A DNA stretch of 64,000 nt, from positions 32,001 to 96,000 of IMG/VR virus record IMGVR_UViG_3300033076_001145. One strand, given 5' to 3'. A program made the translations under genes and the position numbers. Every line of letters begins with the position of its first letter. Position 1 is the stretch's first letter. The DNA is from a virus. Taxonomy: Duplodnaviria > Caudoviricetes. Below, piece by piece: positions 30,329 to 39,472 of this stretch. The notes under the pieces are model-generated. The model was not told where the DNA came from. It saw only the letters and a program-made list of their open reading frames with translations, and did not search any database.

Positions 30329-31569
30329 AGTATCTGTCCATTAGGTGTGACTTTCAATTGCTTATTTTTATTTTCAAATACCAAATTACCTTTATTTGTT
30401 TTTCCTACAAAGGTAACCTCTGGAAAGTTATTAATCACCTTCTCAGCAACATTTTTTTGTTTTAAACTTTCTGAAAGTCTGATGATTTCTTTTAAATCAT
30501 TTTTCTTTTTACCTTCAATGAAAGTTTTTTTAACTTTTTTCTTGTTTTCAACAAATTTCTTTTCACTTTCTGAAATCATAAAATATTTTGATAATACTTT
30601 ATCTACTTTAGACTCTTTGAAAACTCTATCCATTGCCGATGACAAGAATTTCTCAGTCATTTCACCTTCAGTTGGTTCTTCCATTGATAAGTCTTCGTCA
30701 CCACTTGTTTCGTCACCAGTTGGTTCCATATCATCCATTGGCATATCTTCGTCACCCATGTCTGTCTCATCTCCACTCATACCTTCTTCTTCACCTTCCA
30801 ACTTAGAGATAATATCCATCTTATCGTCTTCTTCCAAATTATCTTCCAATGCCGATAAAATAGAATTGATTACATATTTTGCATCCTTTGATGAGATTTC
30901 TTGTCCCTCATCTTCCATTGCTCTAATTTTTTGACCAAGTTTTCCTGTTAATTTCTGAATTACTTTAAATGTAACTCCTTCTCCATCGGTTTCAGTATCA
31001 GAGTCCATTTCATCTCCCATGTCGTCAGCTGGCATGTCAGGAGCCATATCGTCAGCTGGCATATCTGAATCAGGTTCTGTCGGAATGTCCATCTCAGGAG
31101 TTGTATCCATAGGAGGTTCTGGCATGTCTGATGGTGCAGGTGGAACATCCTCAATTGGAGCCGTGTCCTCAGCTGGTGGTAACTCAGCCTTAGGAGTCTT
31201 CAAATAATATTTCTTCTGTTCAGTAAATAATGAAATTCCTTCCTCAACACCATGTAACTGATTAATGTCTTTTGCCATTAAATTTAACGACTTCATAGCG
31301 TCAGCATATGAATTAAAATACTTTCTATTTTTCATAGGAGAAGTATATTCATTAACACCTTCACTGATTTGTTTTTTAATGATGTAACCCATTTTTTCCT
31401 TGTCGATAACATATACATTACCGTCGGCTAATTTAGTTTCATAATCAGTTTTAACAGTTTCGTTTACGGGGTTAGGTGTTACTTCTTTATAGTGAGCAAT
31501 TTCTAAAATTCTTTTGATTTTTTCATCACCTTGTAATTTTTCACTTCCTATTGGTCTTAATCCACTCAT
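30325..31569 (-). CDS. acidic putative head-internal/core protein
   Basis: EKIKRILE..VNE leader; D/E/P/M-rich spacers; many x-x-E sites (FTE, MTE, FKE, ISE, LSE). Confidence 0.65.
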   Translation of the reverse strand: MSGLRPIGSEKLQGDEKIKRILEIAHYKEVTPNPVNETVKTDYETKLADGNVYVIDKEKMGYIIKKQISEGVNEYTSPMKNRKYFNSYADAMKSLNLMAKDINQLHGVEEGISLFTEQKKYYLKTPKAELPPAEDTAPIEDVPPAPSDMPEPPMDTTPEMDIPTEPDSDMPADDMAPDMPADDMGDEMDSDTETDGEGVTFKVIQKLTGKLGQKIRAMEDEGQEISSKDAKYVINSILSALEDNLEEDDKMDIISKLEGEEEGMSGDETDMGDEDMPMDDMEPTGDETSGDEDLSMEEPTEGEMTEKFLSSAMDRVFKESKVDKVLSKYFMISESEKKFVENKKKVKKTFIEGKKKNDLKEIIRLSESLKQKNVAEKVINNFPEVTFVGKTNKGNLVFENKNKQLKVTPNGQIL

Positions 31570-31585
31570 TTTTTTGTTGATTTTT

Positions 31586-31768
31586 TTAATTATTTAATCC
31601 GTTAAACCCTCCAAGAGTCACAGCGTTTAATTGTACGACAGTATTTGATGAATTTGTTATATCATTATAAATTGGGTGTGGTTGTAATGTAGAAGTACAA
31701 GTTACACAATTACCAGATGTTGGATTTATTACAACATAAGTGTAAGTTCCCGAAGATAATACTGCCAT
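31586..31768 (-). CDS. small S/T-rich protein, possibly structural
   Basis: CxxC, PHP, TLGGFNGLN; TATTTAT upstream. Confidence 0.55.
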   Translation of the reverse strand: MAVLSSGTYTYVVINPTSGNCVTCTSTLQPHPIYNDITNSSNTVVQLNAVTLGGFNGLNN

Positions 31769-31807
31769 AATATTTTTTCTTTATAAATATATCGTTTATT
31801 TGTTATT

Positions 31808-32563
31808 TTAAAAAATTGTATTCAATTCTTTTAATGAAAGATTCTTATCTAATAATTTATCTCTCATTTCTAACAGTTTTCCAATATATCCATTCCTACG
31901 TAAGAATTTAAAAACCAAATTTTCAATCGAAAACTCCCCACCTTCCTCCAATCCTGACTGACGATATTTTTTGATTTTTTTGTAACATTTTTTCAATGTC
32001 TCCTGAGAATCTTCCAAATTTTGTTCTTTAGCCTGTTCAATACATTCATCAATAATTCTCATCCATTGGTTAGATTTTGTTTTAACCAATTCTTTATTGA
32101 TTTGTTTAATTCCTTTCTTTGGTTTGCTGATAAACTCATCATTCATTAATGAATAAACTCCGTCACTATAAGCCTCTGAGTTCTCATCCTGTAAATAAAG
32201 TTCAACATCATACCCTTTTATTTTAATGTCGTGTTTTAAATTAAAAAGGGTTTTCTTCAAATCAAAAAATTCAGTATATAATTCAATTTGTTCTTTAGGA
32301 TATTGTTCGTAATCTGCAATAATATGTAAATCAAAGTCTGAAAAGTTCGACCAGTTATAATTTACCAAAGAACCCATTAATACTATGTCAGAAATGATTA
32401 CATCAACCTCAACAAAATAAAGGAATTCTTTAGCCGCTAATAATAAATTTTCTCGAATACTTTCTTTTAACTTTGCTTTACTGATATCATCATAGTTATC
32501 CCATACTTTGGGATTCAAAGTCTTTTGAATGTTAAAACTGTTTAGAATTTCACTGTGACTCAC
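31808..32563 (-). CDS. Pol-beta-superfamily nucleotidyltransferase
   Basis: GSLVNYNWS..SDFDLH (hGS...DxD) plus VELYLQD third acidic strand. Confidence 0.8.
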   Translation of the reverse strand: MSHSEILNSFNIQKTLNPKVWDNYDDISKAKLKESIRENLLLAAKEFLYFVEVDVIISDIVLMGSLVNYNWSNFSDFDLHIIADYEQYPKEQIELYTEFFDLKKTLFNLKHDIKIKGYDVELYLQDENSEAYSDGVYSLMNDEFISKPKKGIKQINKELVKTKSNQWMRIIDECIEQAKEQNLEDSQETLKKCYKKIKKYRQSGLEEGGEFSIENLVFKFLRRNGYIGKLLEMRDKLLDKNLSLKELNTIF

Positions 32564-32583
32564 ATATATAAATACTAAAAAAA

Positions 32584-32826
32584 TTATAACTTTCTAAACT
32601 TATATTTTTTTGAAATATTTTTTCCAAAATACGACCCCTGTGATTCTGATTTTCTAAATCCTACATAGGTAGTTAATGGAACTTCATCATATTCGTATTG
32701 TAATCCGTTGTTAAATTCCACAACCAATTTTCTTGTTTCAGTGTCGTAATCAGTTTTCTTAATATTACTCGACTTTACCTCACAAATTATATGAGTCCCT
32801 TTGATTTCTTCTTTAGTAATTGCCAT
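32584..32826 (-). CDS. KTSC domain protein
   Basis: SSNI...YD....LVVEF.NG..YEY..VP......S.GSYF..NI. Confidence 0.85.
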   Translation of the reverse strand: MAITKEEIKGTHIICEVKSSNIKKTDYDTETRKLVVEFNNGLQYEYDEVPLTTYVGFRKSESQGSYFGKNISKKYKFRKL

Positions 32827-32899
32827 AATCTTTTTTTCATTAAGGTTAATAGTTGAATTTTTAAAATTAAATAGTTAGTTTTACTAAAAACACAAAAGT

Positions 32900-34948
32900 A
32901 TGATAGAATCAATTGACGACGGAGGAAAAGGTAAAAAAGCAACCACAAGTTCTCAAACACCTGTTTTAGATAATTTTAGTCGTGACTTAATTAAACTTGC
33001 CGAAGAAGGTAAATTAGACCCTGTAGTTGGTAGGGAAAATGAGATTATTAGAATTGCTCAAATTTTGTCTCGTAGAAAGAAAAATAACCCAATTATTATT
33101 GGAGAACCTGGATGTGGAAAAACCGCAATCGTTGAGGGTCTTGCAATGAAAATTTTTGATGGGGATTGCCCAAGAAACTTATTAGAAAAAAGAATTTTGT
33201 CTTTGGATTTGAACTCAATAGTCGCTGGTACAAAATACAGAGGACAATTTGAGGAGAGGTTAAAGGTTATTTTGGAGGAATTACAGACAAATCCAAACAT
33301 CATTTTATTTATTGACGAAATTCACACCATTGTTGGGGCGGGTAATGCATCGGGTTCATTAGATGCTTCAAACATATTAAAACCAGCCCTTTCTCGTGGA
33401 GAAATTCAATGTATTGGAGCAACTACTTTAGACGAATACAAAAAACAAATTGAAAAAGATGGAGCTTTGGACCGAAGATTTCAAAAGGTTATTGTTTCTC
33501 CAGCATCCACAGATGAGACTTTAATTATTTTACAAAATGTAAAAGATAAGTATGAGAATTACCACAAGGTTAATTACTCTGATGAGGTATTGAAAACTTG
33601 TGTTGAACTTGCAGATAGATATATCACAGACCGAGAGTTCCCTGACAAGGCATTCGATATTTTGGATGAAGTAGGGGCAAGAGCTCAGGTCGATGTTAAA
33701 AATCCTGAGGTAATTGAGGAACTTAAAAAAGAATCTCAGGAAATTAAAGAACAAAAACTTTTAGTAGTTAAGAAACAAAACTATGAAATGGCCGCTGAAC
33801 TTAGAGACCGAGAAAAGAAAGTTTTGGGTAAGTTAGAGGTTGAGAAAAAGAAATTTGAAGAGGAATTAATTACCAAGAAAAAAGACATCGCAATTGAGTT
33901 AGTTTATGAAGTGGTTGCAAACATGACAAAGATTCCTGTAACCAAATTATCTTTAGATGATACAAAGAACTTAATCGATTTAGAGGATAGTCTTTCTGAT
34001 TCAGTAATTGGTCAAAAAGAGGCGGTTACCAAAATTGCAAAGGCGATTAGAAGAAATCGTTTGGGAATTAAAGACCCAAACAAACCAATCGGTTCATTTA
34101 TCTTCTTAGGTTCAACAGGGGTTGGTAAAACATTATTGGCAAAAGAACTTGCAAAACAAATATTTGGAAGTGAGGACAATTTAATTAGAGTGGATATGAG
34201 TGAGTTCCAAGAGAAACATTCTGTATCGAGATTAATTGGTTCTCCTCCCGGATATGTTGGGTATGATGAGGGAGGTCAATTGACTGAACAAGTTAAAAAC
34301 AAACCATATTCAGTAGTGTTATTCGATGAAGTTGAGAAAGCTCACAGAGATATTTTCTCATCATTACTACAAGTTTTGGATGAGGGTTATTTGACCGACA
34401 GTTTTGGAAGAAAAGTTAATTTTAAAAACTGTTTAATCATTATGACCTCAAACATCGGGGTTAGAAAATTACAGGAATTTGGTGCTGGCGTCGGATTTGG
34501 AACCTCAAACAATGTATATAAAAATGAAGAGGCGAAGAAATCGATTTTGATGAAAGAACTTAAATCTTATTTCGCACCTGAATTTGTAAATCGATTGGAT
34601 GAAATTATTGTATTCAACACATTAGGTGACGATGATGTTAAGAAAATTGTCAATGTTGAGATGAACAAGTTGGTGTCTCGTTTGACTAAGTTAAAGTATG
34701 ATATTACATTTGACCAAACTTGTATTGATTACATCTCCAAGGTTGGGTTTGATGAACAATACGGAGCCCGACCATTAAAGAGAGCAATACAAGAGAAATT
34801 TGAGGACTTTATCTCGGATGAAGTATTAAGAGAAAATATTTTAATTGAACAAAAATACACTATTTACATAGAAGATGAAACTGTTCAGATAAGACAAGAA
34901 CAACTCGAACAAAAAACAAAAAAACCAAGAAAAAAGAAGGGGGAATAA
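32900..34948 (+). CDS. clpC: ClpC-like AAA+ unfoldase lacking the N-terminal repeat domain
   Basis: Two AAA modules (GEPGCGKT/FIDEIH; GSTGVGKT/LFDEVEK), UVR-type middle domain (YEMAAELRD), VGF ClpP-docking loop. Confidence 0.9.
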   Translation: MIESIDDGGKGKKATTSSQTPVLDNFSRDLIKLAEEGKLDPVVGRENEIIRIAQILSRRKKNNPIIIGEPGCGKTAIVEGLAMKIFDGDCPRNLLEKRILSLDLNSIVAGTKYRGQFEERLKVILEELQTNPNIILFIDEIHTIVGAGNASGSLDASNILKPALSRGEIQCIGATTLDEYKKQIEKDGALDRRFQKVIVSPASTDETLIILQNVKDKYENYHKVNYSDEVLKTCVELADRYITDREFPDKAFDILDEVGARAQVDVKNPEVIEELKKESQEIKEQKLLVVKKQNYEMAAELRDREKKVLGKLEVEKKKFEEELITKKKDIAIELVYEVVANMTKIPVTKLSLDDTKNLIDLEDSLSDSVIGQKEAVTKIAKAIRRNRLGIKDPNKPIGSFIFLGSTGVGKTLLAKELAKQIFGSEDNLIRVDMSEFQEKHSVSRLIGSPPGYVGYDEGGQLTEQVKNKPYSVVLFDEVEKAHRDIFSSLLQVLDEGYLTDSFGRKVNFKNCLIIMTSNIGVRKLQEFGAGVGFGTSNNVYKNEEAKKSILMKELKSYFAPEFVNRLDEIIVFNTLGDDDVKKIVNVEMNKLVSRLTKLKYDITFDQTCIDYISKVGFDEQYGARPLKRAIQEKFEDFISDEVLRENILIEQKYTIYIEDETVQIRQEQLEQKTKKPRKKKGE

Positions 34949-34963
34949 ATCCCCCTTTTTTTT
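34937..34963. terminator. bidirectional terminator
   Basis: AAGGGGGA-ataaa-TCCCCC-T8 between convergent genes. Confidence 0.75.
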
Positions 34964-35777
34964 ATAAGTTATATTTTGAAACATGGTCAAATTTATATTT
35001 TTTATGACCTAGTTTTTCAATTAGTTTTTGACCAGTTCTTGTTCCCGCAAACACCTCATCAACCACCACATATTCATTTTTGGTGTGGTAGTTATGGTAA
35101 CCAACTGAAAAGTTAATACACGAAAAATCAAATTTCTTTTTTAACTGCCAAACATCTGTATATGGATGTTGCATGAATTTTGGTGAGGATAACATACCCT
35201 CAGTTAAAACTTCTCTTGCCGACTGATGAAATTCAGAATCAGTTTCAAATAGTTTCACACCAAAACAATACTCTGTAACCATATAGTCGTCAGGGGCGTC
35301 AAACTGAATTGCGTAACCAACATTTTCGAAGAACTTGGGGTCGGCTTCTTTTGACCCAATACAACCAACTTCTTCTGAAACAAAAAACGCAGCCTTTAAC
35401 ACATCAAATTCTTCGAGTAACTGAAGACATGCAAAGACACCACACTTGTCATCACCTCCAATCCCTGTTGGTTCCCCAAAGTCATTATATGCCTTTAAGG
35501 AATAACTTTTTTCTCCTTTTGAGTCGGGTAAAGATTCTTCTCTAATATTAATGGTGTCTAATGGATGAACAGTGTCGGTGTGAGCAACAACACAGGGGTA
35601 GAATTCTCCCTCACCAATAGTTCCTTTAGTAACATAAATGTTACCCAAATTATCAATATGGAAATCGTATTTTTTTTCCAACAAATAATCTGTTAGAAAT
35701 TCAATCATTTTGTCCTCATGAAATGAGTGGGTAGGAATAGATAAAACCTTCTTTAAAAAGTCAATATTTTCAATCAT
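34962..35777 (-). CDS. M20/M28-family zinc peptidase
   Basis: AHTDTV, GGDDKCG, SEEVGCIGS, QFD, GYHNYHT. Confidence 0.85.
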   Translation of the reverse strand: MIENIDFLKKVLSIPTHSFHEDKMIEFLTDYLLEKKYDFHIDNLGNIYVTKGTIGEGEFYPCVVAHTDTVHPLDTINIREESLPDSKGEKSYSLKAYNDFGEPTGIGGDDKCGVFACLQLLEEFDVLKAAFFVSEEVGCIGSKEADPKFFENVGYAIQFDAPDDYMVTEYCFGVKLFETDSEFHQSAREVLTEGMLSSPKFMQHPYTDVWQLKKKFDFSCINFSVGYHNYHTKNEYVVVDEVFAGTRTGQKLIEKLGHKKYKFDHVSKYNL

Positions 35778-35806
35778 AAAAACAAAGGTAATAAAAAAAT
35801 TAAATA

Positions 35807-36850
35807 TTAGAACAATTCAGGGTGAAATAAAAAATTTTTAAAATCTTCTAAATTCATTTTCATTTTTTGATTAGAAACCACAACAATAATTTTACCGTCT
35901 TCAACTTTACCTAACCTAAAAGTTTCACCAGTTTTAGTTCCGTAATTTTTTTCTTTAGGGAAATTATATGTCCGACCAAAATCATATCCCAATTTTCTAA
36001 CATAATTAATCAATTCAAAATTTTTCTGTAAGGAACCTTCTTCCAAATCATCAGTTAGTTTTTCATAAATTTTTTCTAACTCTCTTTCAACCTCTCTTTG
36101 GAAACCTTCATCATCAAAATTTTTGTCATCATAATACGCATAATAATCCTCATATAAATCATCATCAAAATATAAATCATTATCTTCGACATATTTTTTA
36201 AGACATTCTAGCATACTTTCGGAATCTTTATTAATATCATTTTCATCAAAGAAATCAATTAGTGCTTGAACGGTTGTAATATATGACTCGGCACATGTTT
36301 TTTCAAAAAAGTTAAGGTAGAAAAATTTATTACACAGTTTGGAAACCACATATTCTCTCATACCCCTAACTAATGCGATATCGTAATAAGACGCCCATTC
36401 ATAAGCAATTTGACTACAAGAATATTCATTAAGTTGTATTAATACCTTAGCAATTTCAGAATGGTCATCCGTTTTTTTAATATTTAAATCAGGTGATACC
36501 ATATCCAAAATCTTTTGGACAGTTTTATCATTTTCTTTATTAAAATATCTAAATATATATCCTTCTCTAAAATCATCGTCCGCATAACTAGAATCAATAA
36601 ATACATTATCACTATATCCATATCTTGAAAAGGCGACATTAATTAAGAATCTATTTTGGTCATATTCATTGTCAGGCATAAAAAGTCTAACATAATCCTC
36701 TTCATAAAAACTAAGTAATACAATACTTTTTCCGAGACTTTTTTCATTAACATGTGTGATTCGAACTACTCTGTCATCATCCGAATGTTTAACAGATATT
36801 TCATCGGCTTCACCTTTTATGAATAATTCTAATTCTTTATATATTGACAC
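35807..36850 (-). CDS. hypothetical acidic protein
   Basis: 347-aa ORF, GTG start, TATTTAT upstream. Confidence 0.7.
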   Translation of the reverse strand: MSIYKELELFIKGEADEISVKHSDDDRVVRITHVNEKSLGKSIVLLSFYEEDYVRLFMPDNEYDQNRFLINVAFSRYGYSDNVFIDSSYADDDFREGYIFRYFNKENDKTVQKILDMVSPDLNIKKTDDHSEIAKVLIQLNEYSCSQIAYEWASYYDIALVRGMREYVVSKLCNKFFYLNFFEKTCAESYITTVQALIDFFDENDINKDSESMLECLKKYVEDNDLYFDDDLYEDYYAYYDDKNFDDEGFQREVERELEKIYEKLTDDLEEGSLQKNFELINYVRKLGYDFGRTYNFPKEKNYGTKTGETFRLGKVEDGKIIVVVSNQKMKMNLEDFKNFLFHPELF

Positions 36851-36890
36851 AATAAAAGTTTTTTAATAAATACTTGTGTATTAGAGAATA

Positions 36891-36904
36891 TATTTATATA
36901 TTTG
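36891..36904 (+). promoter_or_regulatory. overlapping TATTTAT and TAnnTTTG motifs upstream of the tmRNA
   Basis: TATTTATATATTTG, about 25 nt before the mature 5' end. Confidence 0.55.
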
Positions 36905-37020
36905 TAAAACAATAGTTCTTTGATTTATGGGGATGTTTTTGGCTTTGACAGGAATGGATTAGTCATAAAACGCACGTCGGGGCTAAGCTAACCCTGTTTA
37001 ACTGGCTTGAATTTTTAAAC

Positions 37021-37086
37021 GGCAACGTAATCAACAAACTTTCTACAATCGGTTTAATCCGTACTGAAGAAGTATCTGTAGCTTAA
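37021..37086 (+). other. tmRNA tag reading frame (A)GNVINKLSTIGLIRTEEVSVA*
   Basis: Resume codon GGC follows pk1 and TAAAC; ends GCT TAA. Confidence 0.75.
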
Positions 37087-37302
37087 TCTAGGATTAACCT
37101 ACTAGGGGTCGGCAGACATATAACCTTGCAACAGAAGTCGTAGTTGTGGTGTGGTTTCTACCCAAAAAGAAACAAAGTGGAGGATTAGTTCTCAGTAAAC
37201 CGAACCACTATAAAATAAGGGAATTGTGAAGTTTCGGATTGTTTAGAAAAACAATGACCTAAGCGTGTAGTGTTTTATGTCAGACTTTTTTGGACCCGGG
37301 TT

Positions 37303-37530
37303 TAATGTTGGACCCATAACATAGTAATGTGTTATTAAAAATCGGAAGAATTCAGTGGACTCTTAACAGGTAATGCTGATGACAATACTGAGCCGAGCCT
37401 CGCAGGAAGAGGAAGGTGCAGAGACTAGTGGGATTTAGACGCTTCTAATGTAATACCACACAAGAATCCGACACCCTACATTTGAGGGTGATGATATAGT
37501 CCAGTTAGTAAGGAAACTTATTATGTTTAG
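37303..37530 (+). mobile_element. group I intron (228 nt, no ORF) in the tmRNA T-loop
   Basis: P1 GGGUU/GACCC with U.G at the 5' splice site; P10 GUUG/CGAC; R element CAGAGACTA; S element GATATAGTCC; terminal G37530. Confidence 0.92.
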
Positions 37531-37554
37531 CGACCCCCGGCATCTCCACCATTT

Positions 37555-37586
37555 AATAAAGGGACTTCGGTCCCTTTATTTTTTTT
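37555..37586 (+). terminator. terminator after the tmRNA
   Basis: AATAAAGGGAC-ttcg-GTCCCTTTATT-T6. Confidence 0.85.
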
Positions 37587-37613
37587 CATATATTTTAATA
37601 TTTAATATTATAT

Positions 37614-38447
37614 ATGGACGCAGACAAAGTATTTAAAATTGCAAAAAAGATGTCAGATGACGAATTTGAAGGTTACACACCAACTGAGGTATTTCGTTAT
37701 TTCGTATCAACAAGTGAGGAAACAATAGTTTATGATTTCCTAACACCAAAAGAATTTATTCTATTTTGTTTTTTAGTCCATAGAATTTCTAACAAACTAA
37801 GTGTTACTGATGTAAATAATAATTTTGATAGACTAATTGCATATTCTTATATTGAAATTACTGAATTAGACCCAGAAGTAGAGTGTGAGCATTGTGATGG
37901 TTCAGGTGAAGTGAGTTGTAGTGATTGTAGCGGCAGTGGAAATGAATATTGTGATGAATGTAATGGAAATGGAGGTGTGGATTGTGATGAATGTGATGGT
38001 ACTGGAGAAGATGAAGAAGGTAACACATGTCGAAACTGTGATGGTGATGGTTCCGTTGATTGTAAAGAATGTGGGGGTAGTGGTAGTTTTTCTTGTCAAG
38101 AATGTGGGGGTAGTGGCGAAGAGAAATGTTATAAATGTGACGATGGTTATATAACTAAGGACGGATATTACTCGGCTACTCAGTTTTTTGTAGTAACGAT
38201 AGACCCAAAAATTTTTTCAGATATTGTCTATTATGAAAAAATGGATGTTTTACCTGAATCATTGTTACCGTCAACAAACATTAATTCAATTTTGGTTAAA
38301 CAAGATAATCATTCACCATGTGATGATATTGAAGAAGAAATAGAAACAGGTGATTTATATTTTATAGGTTCAGATACTGATACTAACATATCAATGTATA
38401 AAACACGCAGAGGTATAGATATTGCAACTATAGAAGATATCTGTTAA
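37614..38447 (+). CDS. DnaJ-like cysteine-rich zinc-finger protein (no J domain)
   Basis: Seven CxxCxGxG repeats plus CYKCDDG; no HPD motif. Confidence 0.8.
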   Translation: MDADKVFKIAKKMSDDEFEGYTPTEVFRYFVSTSEETIVYDFLTPKEFILFCFLVHRISNKLSVTDVNNNFDRLIAYSYIEITELDPEVECEHCDGSGEVSCSDCSGSGNEYCDECNGNGGVDCDECDGTGEDEEGNTCRNCDGDGSVDCKECGGSGSFSCQECGGSGEEKCYKCDDGYITKDGYYSATQFFVVTIDPKIFSDIVYYEKMDVLPESLLPSTNINSILVKQDNHSPCDDIEEEIETGDLYFIGSDTDTNISMYKTRRGIDIATIEDIC

Positions 38448-38456
38448 GAAAACTAG

Positions 38457-38530
38457 TACCCCCGACACGATTCGAACGTGTGACCCACAACTTAGAAGGT
38501 TGTTGCTCTATCCAGCTGAGCTACGAGGGC
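38457..38530 (-). tRNA. tRNA-Arg(UCU), CCA not encoded
   Basis: GCCCTCG TAGCTCAGCTGGATAGAGC ACAAC-CTTCTAA-GTTGT ... ACACG-TTCGAAT-CGTGT CGGGGGT A; A20 present; TATCTTTG upstream. Confidence 0.95.
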
Positions 38531-38568
38531 ATTTTTGTTCTACAAAGATAATATAAATTTAGATATTA

Positions 38569-38742
38569 TCAAATTTTTTTGATAACATATCTATAACCTG
38601 AGTCAGAATTCATTTGAAGAATACTACACATTTCATTAGCTTGTTCTTCCTTTTCAAATTCCAAAACTTCATCTTGTGAGTTTAGAATGATTACAGGTAA
38701 TTCTTTTTTATCTATCTTGATATATTTTACAATACAGTACAT
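38569..38742 (-). CDS. 57-aa hypothetical protein (not in the ORF track)
   Basis: MYCIVKYIKIDKKELPVIILNSQDEVLEFEKEEQANEMCSILQMNSDSGYRYVIKKI*. Confidence 0.55.
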   Translation of the reverse strand: MYCIVKYIKIDKKELPVIILNSQDEVLEFEKEEQANEMCSILQMNSDSGYRYVIKKI

Positions 38743-38745
38743 ATT

Positions 38746-38856
38746 TTATCCTATTGAATATTCACTATTAAAATTATCCCATTCGTCCTCAGTCCAATGT
38801 GGTCTGTTCTCAACCTGATTATTTATCATTTCTTGGTCTTTAACTTTCGGGTCCAT
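38746..38856 (-). CDS. 36-aa hypothetical peptide (not in the ORF track)
   Basis: MDPKVKDQEMINNQVENRPHWTEDEWDNFNSEYSIG*; stops 3 nt before the next ATG. Confidence 0.4.
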   Translation of the reverse strand: MDPKVKDQEMINNQVENRPHWTEDEWDNFNSEYSIG

Positions 38857-38980
38857 AATAATACTTAAATATGTGAATTTTATTCTTTATTGTCAATGTA
38901 CTGATATAAATAATTATTGATAAATAAAAAAATAAAAAAAAATTTGTCAATTAATAAATTATTTTGTAATTTTACATATT

Positions 38981-39472
38981 ATGACACAAGGTGTATTGGT
39001 TTTAAATTCAGATTTCAGTCCTATTAATGTAACAACCCTACATAGAGGTTTCGCATTAGTTTATAAAGGAAAGGCGGAGATTCTCAAATCTTCCGATGAG
39101 CCAATAGTATGCGGAATTAAACAATATATAAGACCACTAATCATACGATTACTTTCTTATGTTAGTTTTAAGAGAAGAAAAATAAGAGTAAATCGACATA
39201 GAATTATGAGACGAGATGGATACTCTTGTGTTTATTGTGGTAGTAAAAAAGATTTAACAATTGACCATGTTATTCCAAAGTCAAAAGGTGGTGATAACAC
39301 TTGGAAGAATCTTGTAACATGTTGTAGTCCTTGTAATTTAAAAAAGGGTGATAAATTATTACATGAGACAAATATGAATATGATAAAAAAACCCACAGAA
39401 CCTAATATATTTTCGGACTCTGCGGGTCAATATTTACAGAAAGTTTGGAATGAATTCCAAAATAGTTTTTAA
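38981..39472 (+). CDS. HNH endonuclease (McrA-like)
   Basis: VLVLN.DF.P, RDGYSCVYCG...LTIDHVIPKSKGG..TWKNLVTCC..CN..KGD. Confidence 0.9.
   Translation: MTQGVLVLNSDFSPINVTTLHRGFALVYKGKAEILKSSDEPIVCGIKQYIRPLIIRLLSYVSFKRRKIRVNRHRIMRRDGYSCVYCGSKKDLTIDHVIPKSKGGDNTWKNLVTCCSPCNLKKGDKLLHETNMNMIKKPTEPNIFSDSAGQYLQKVWNEFQNSF

Larger units (their letters stand above)
36929..37551 (+). ncRNA. ssrA: tmRNA, split: exon 1 36929-37302, exon 2 37531-37551
   Basis: GGGGATG/CATCTCC-A-CCA acceptor stem with G3.U70; TTGAC D-region; helix CATAAAAC..GCACG / CGTGT..GTTTTATG; pk1 (CGGGG/CCCTG, AAGCTA/TGGCTT); T-arm CCGGG-TT|CGACC-CCCGG restored after intron removal. Confidence 0.95.

Noticed and set aside
37303-37530. 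Intron-encoded homing endonuclease
   Set aside because: The intron is 228 nt with no sizeable ORF
37614-38447. Calling this gene dnaJ, or a multiheme cytochrome
   Set aside because: No J domain or HPD motif; the repeats are CxxCxGxG, not CxxCH
38457-38530. Amber-suppressor reading of the tRNA (CTA in the loop) and stop-codon recoding
   Set aside because: The 7-nt loop CU-UCU-AA gives anticodon UCU and A20 supports Arg; genes are intact in the standard code
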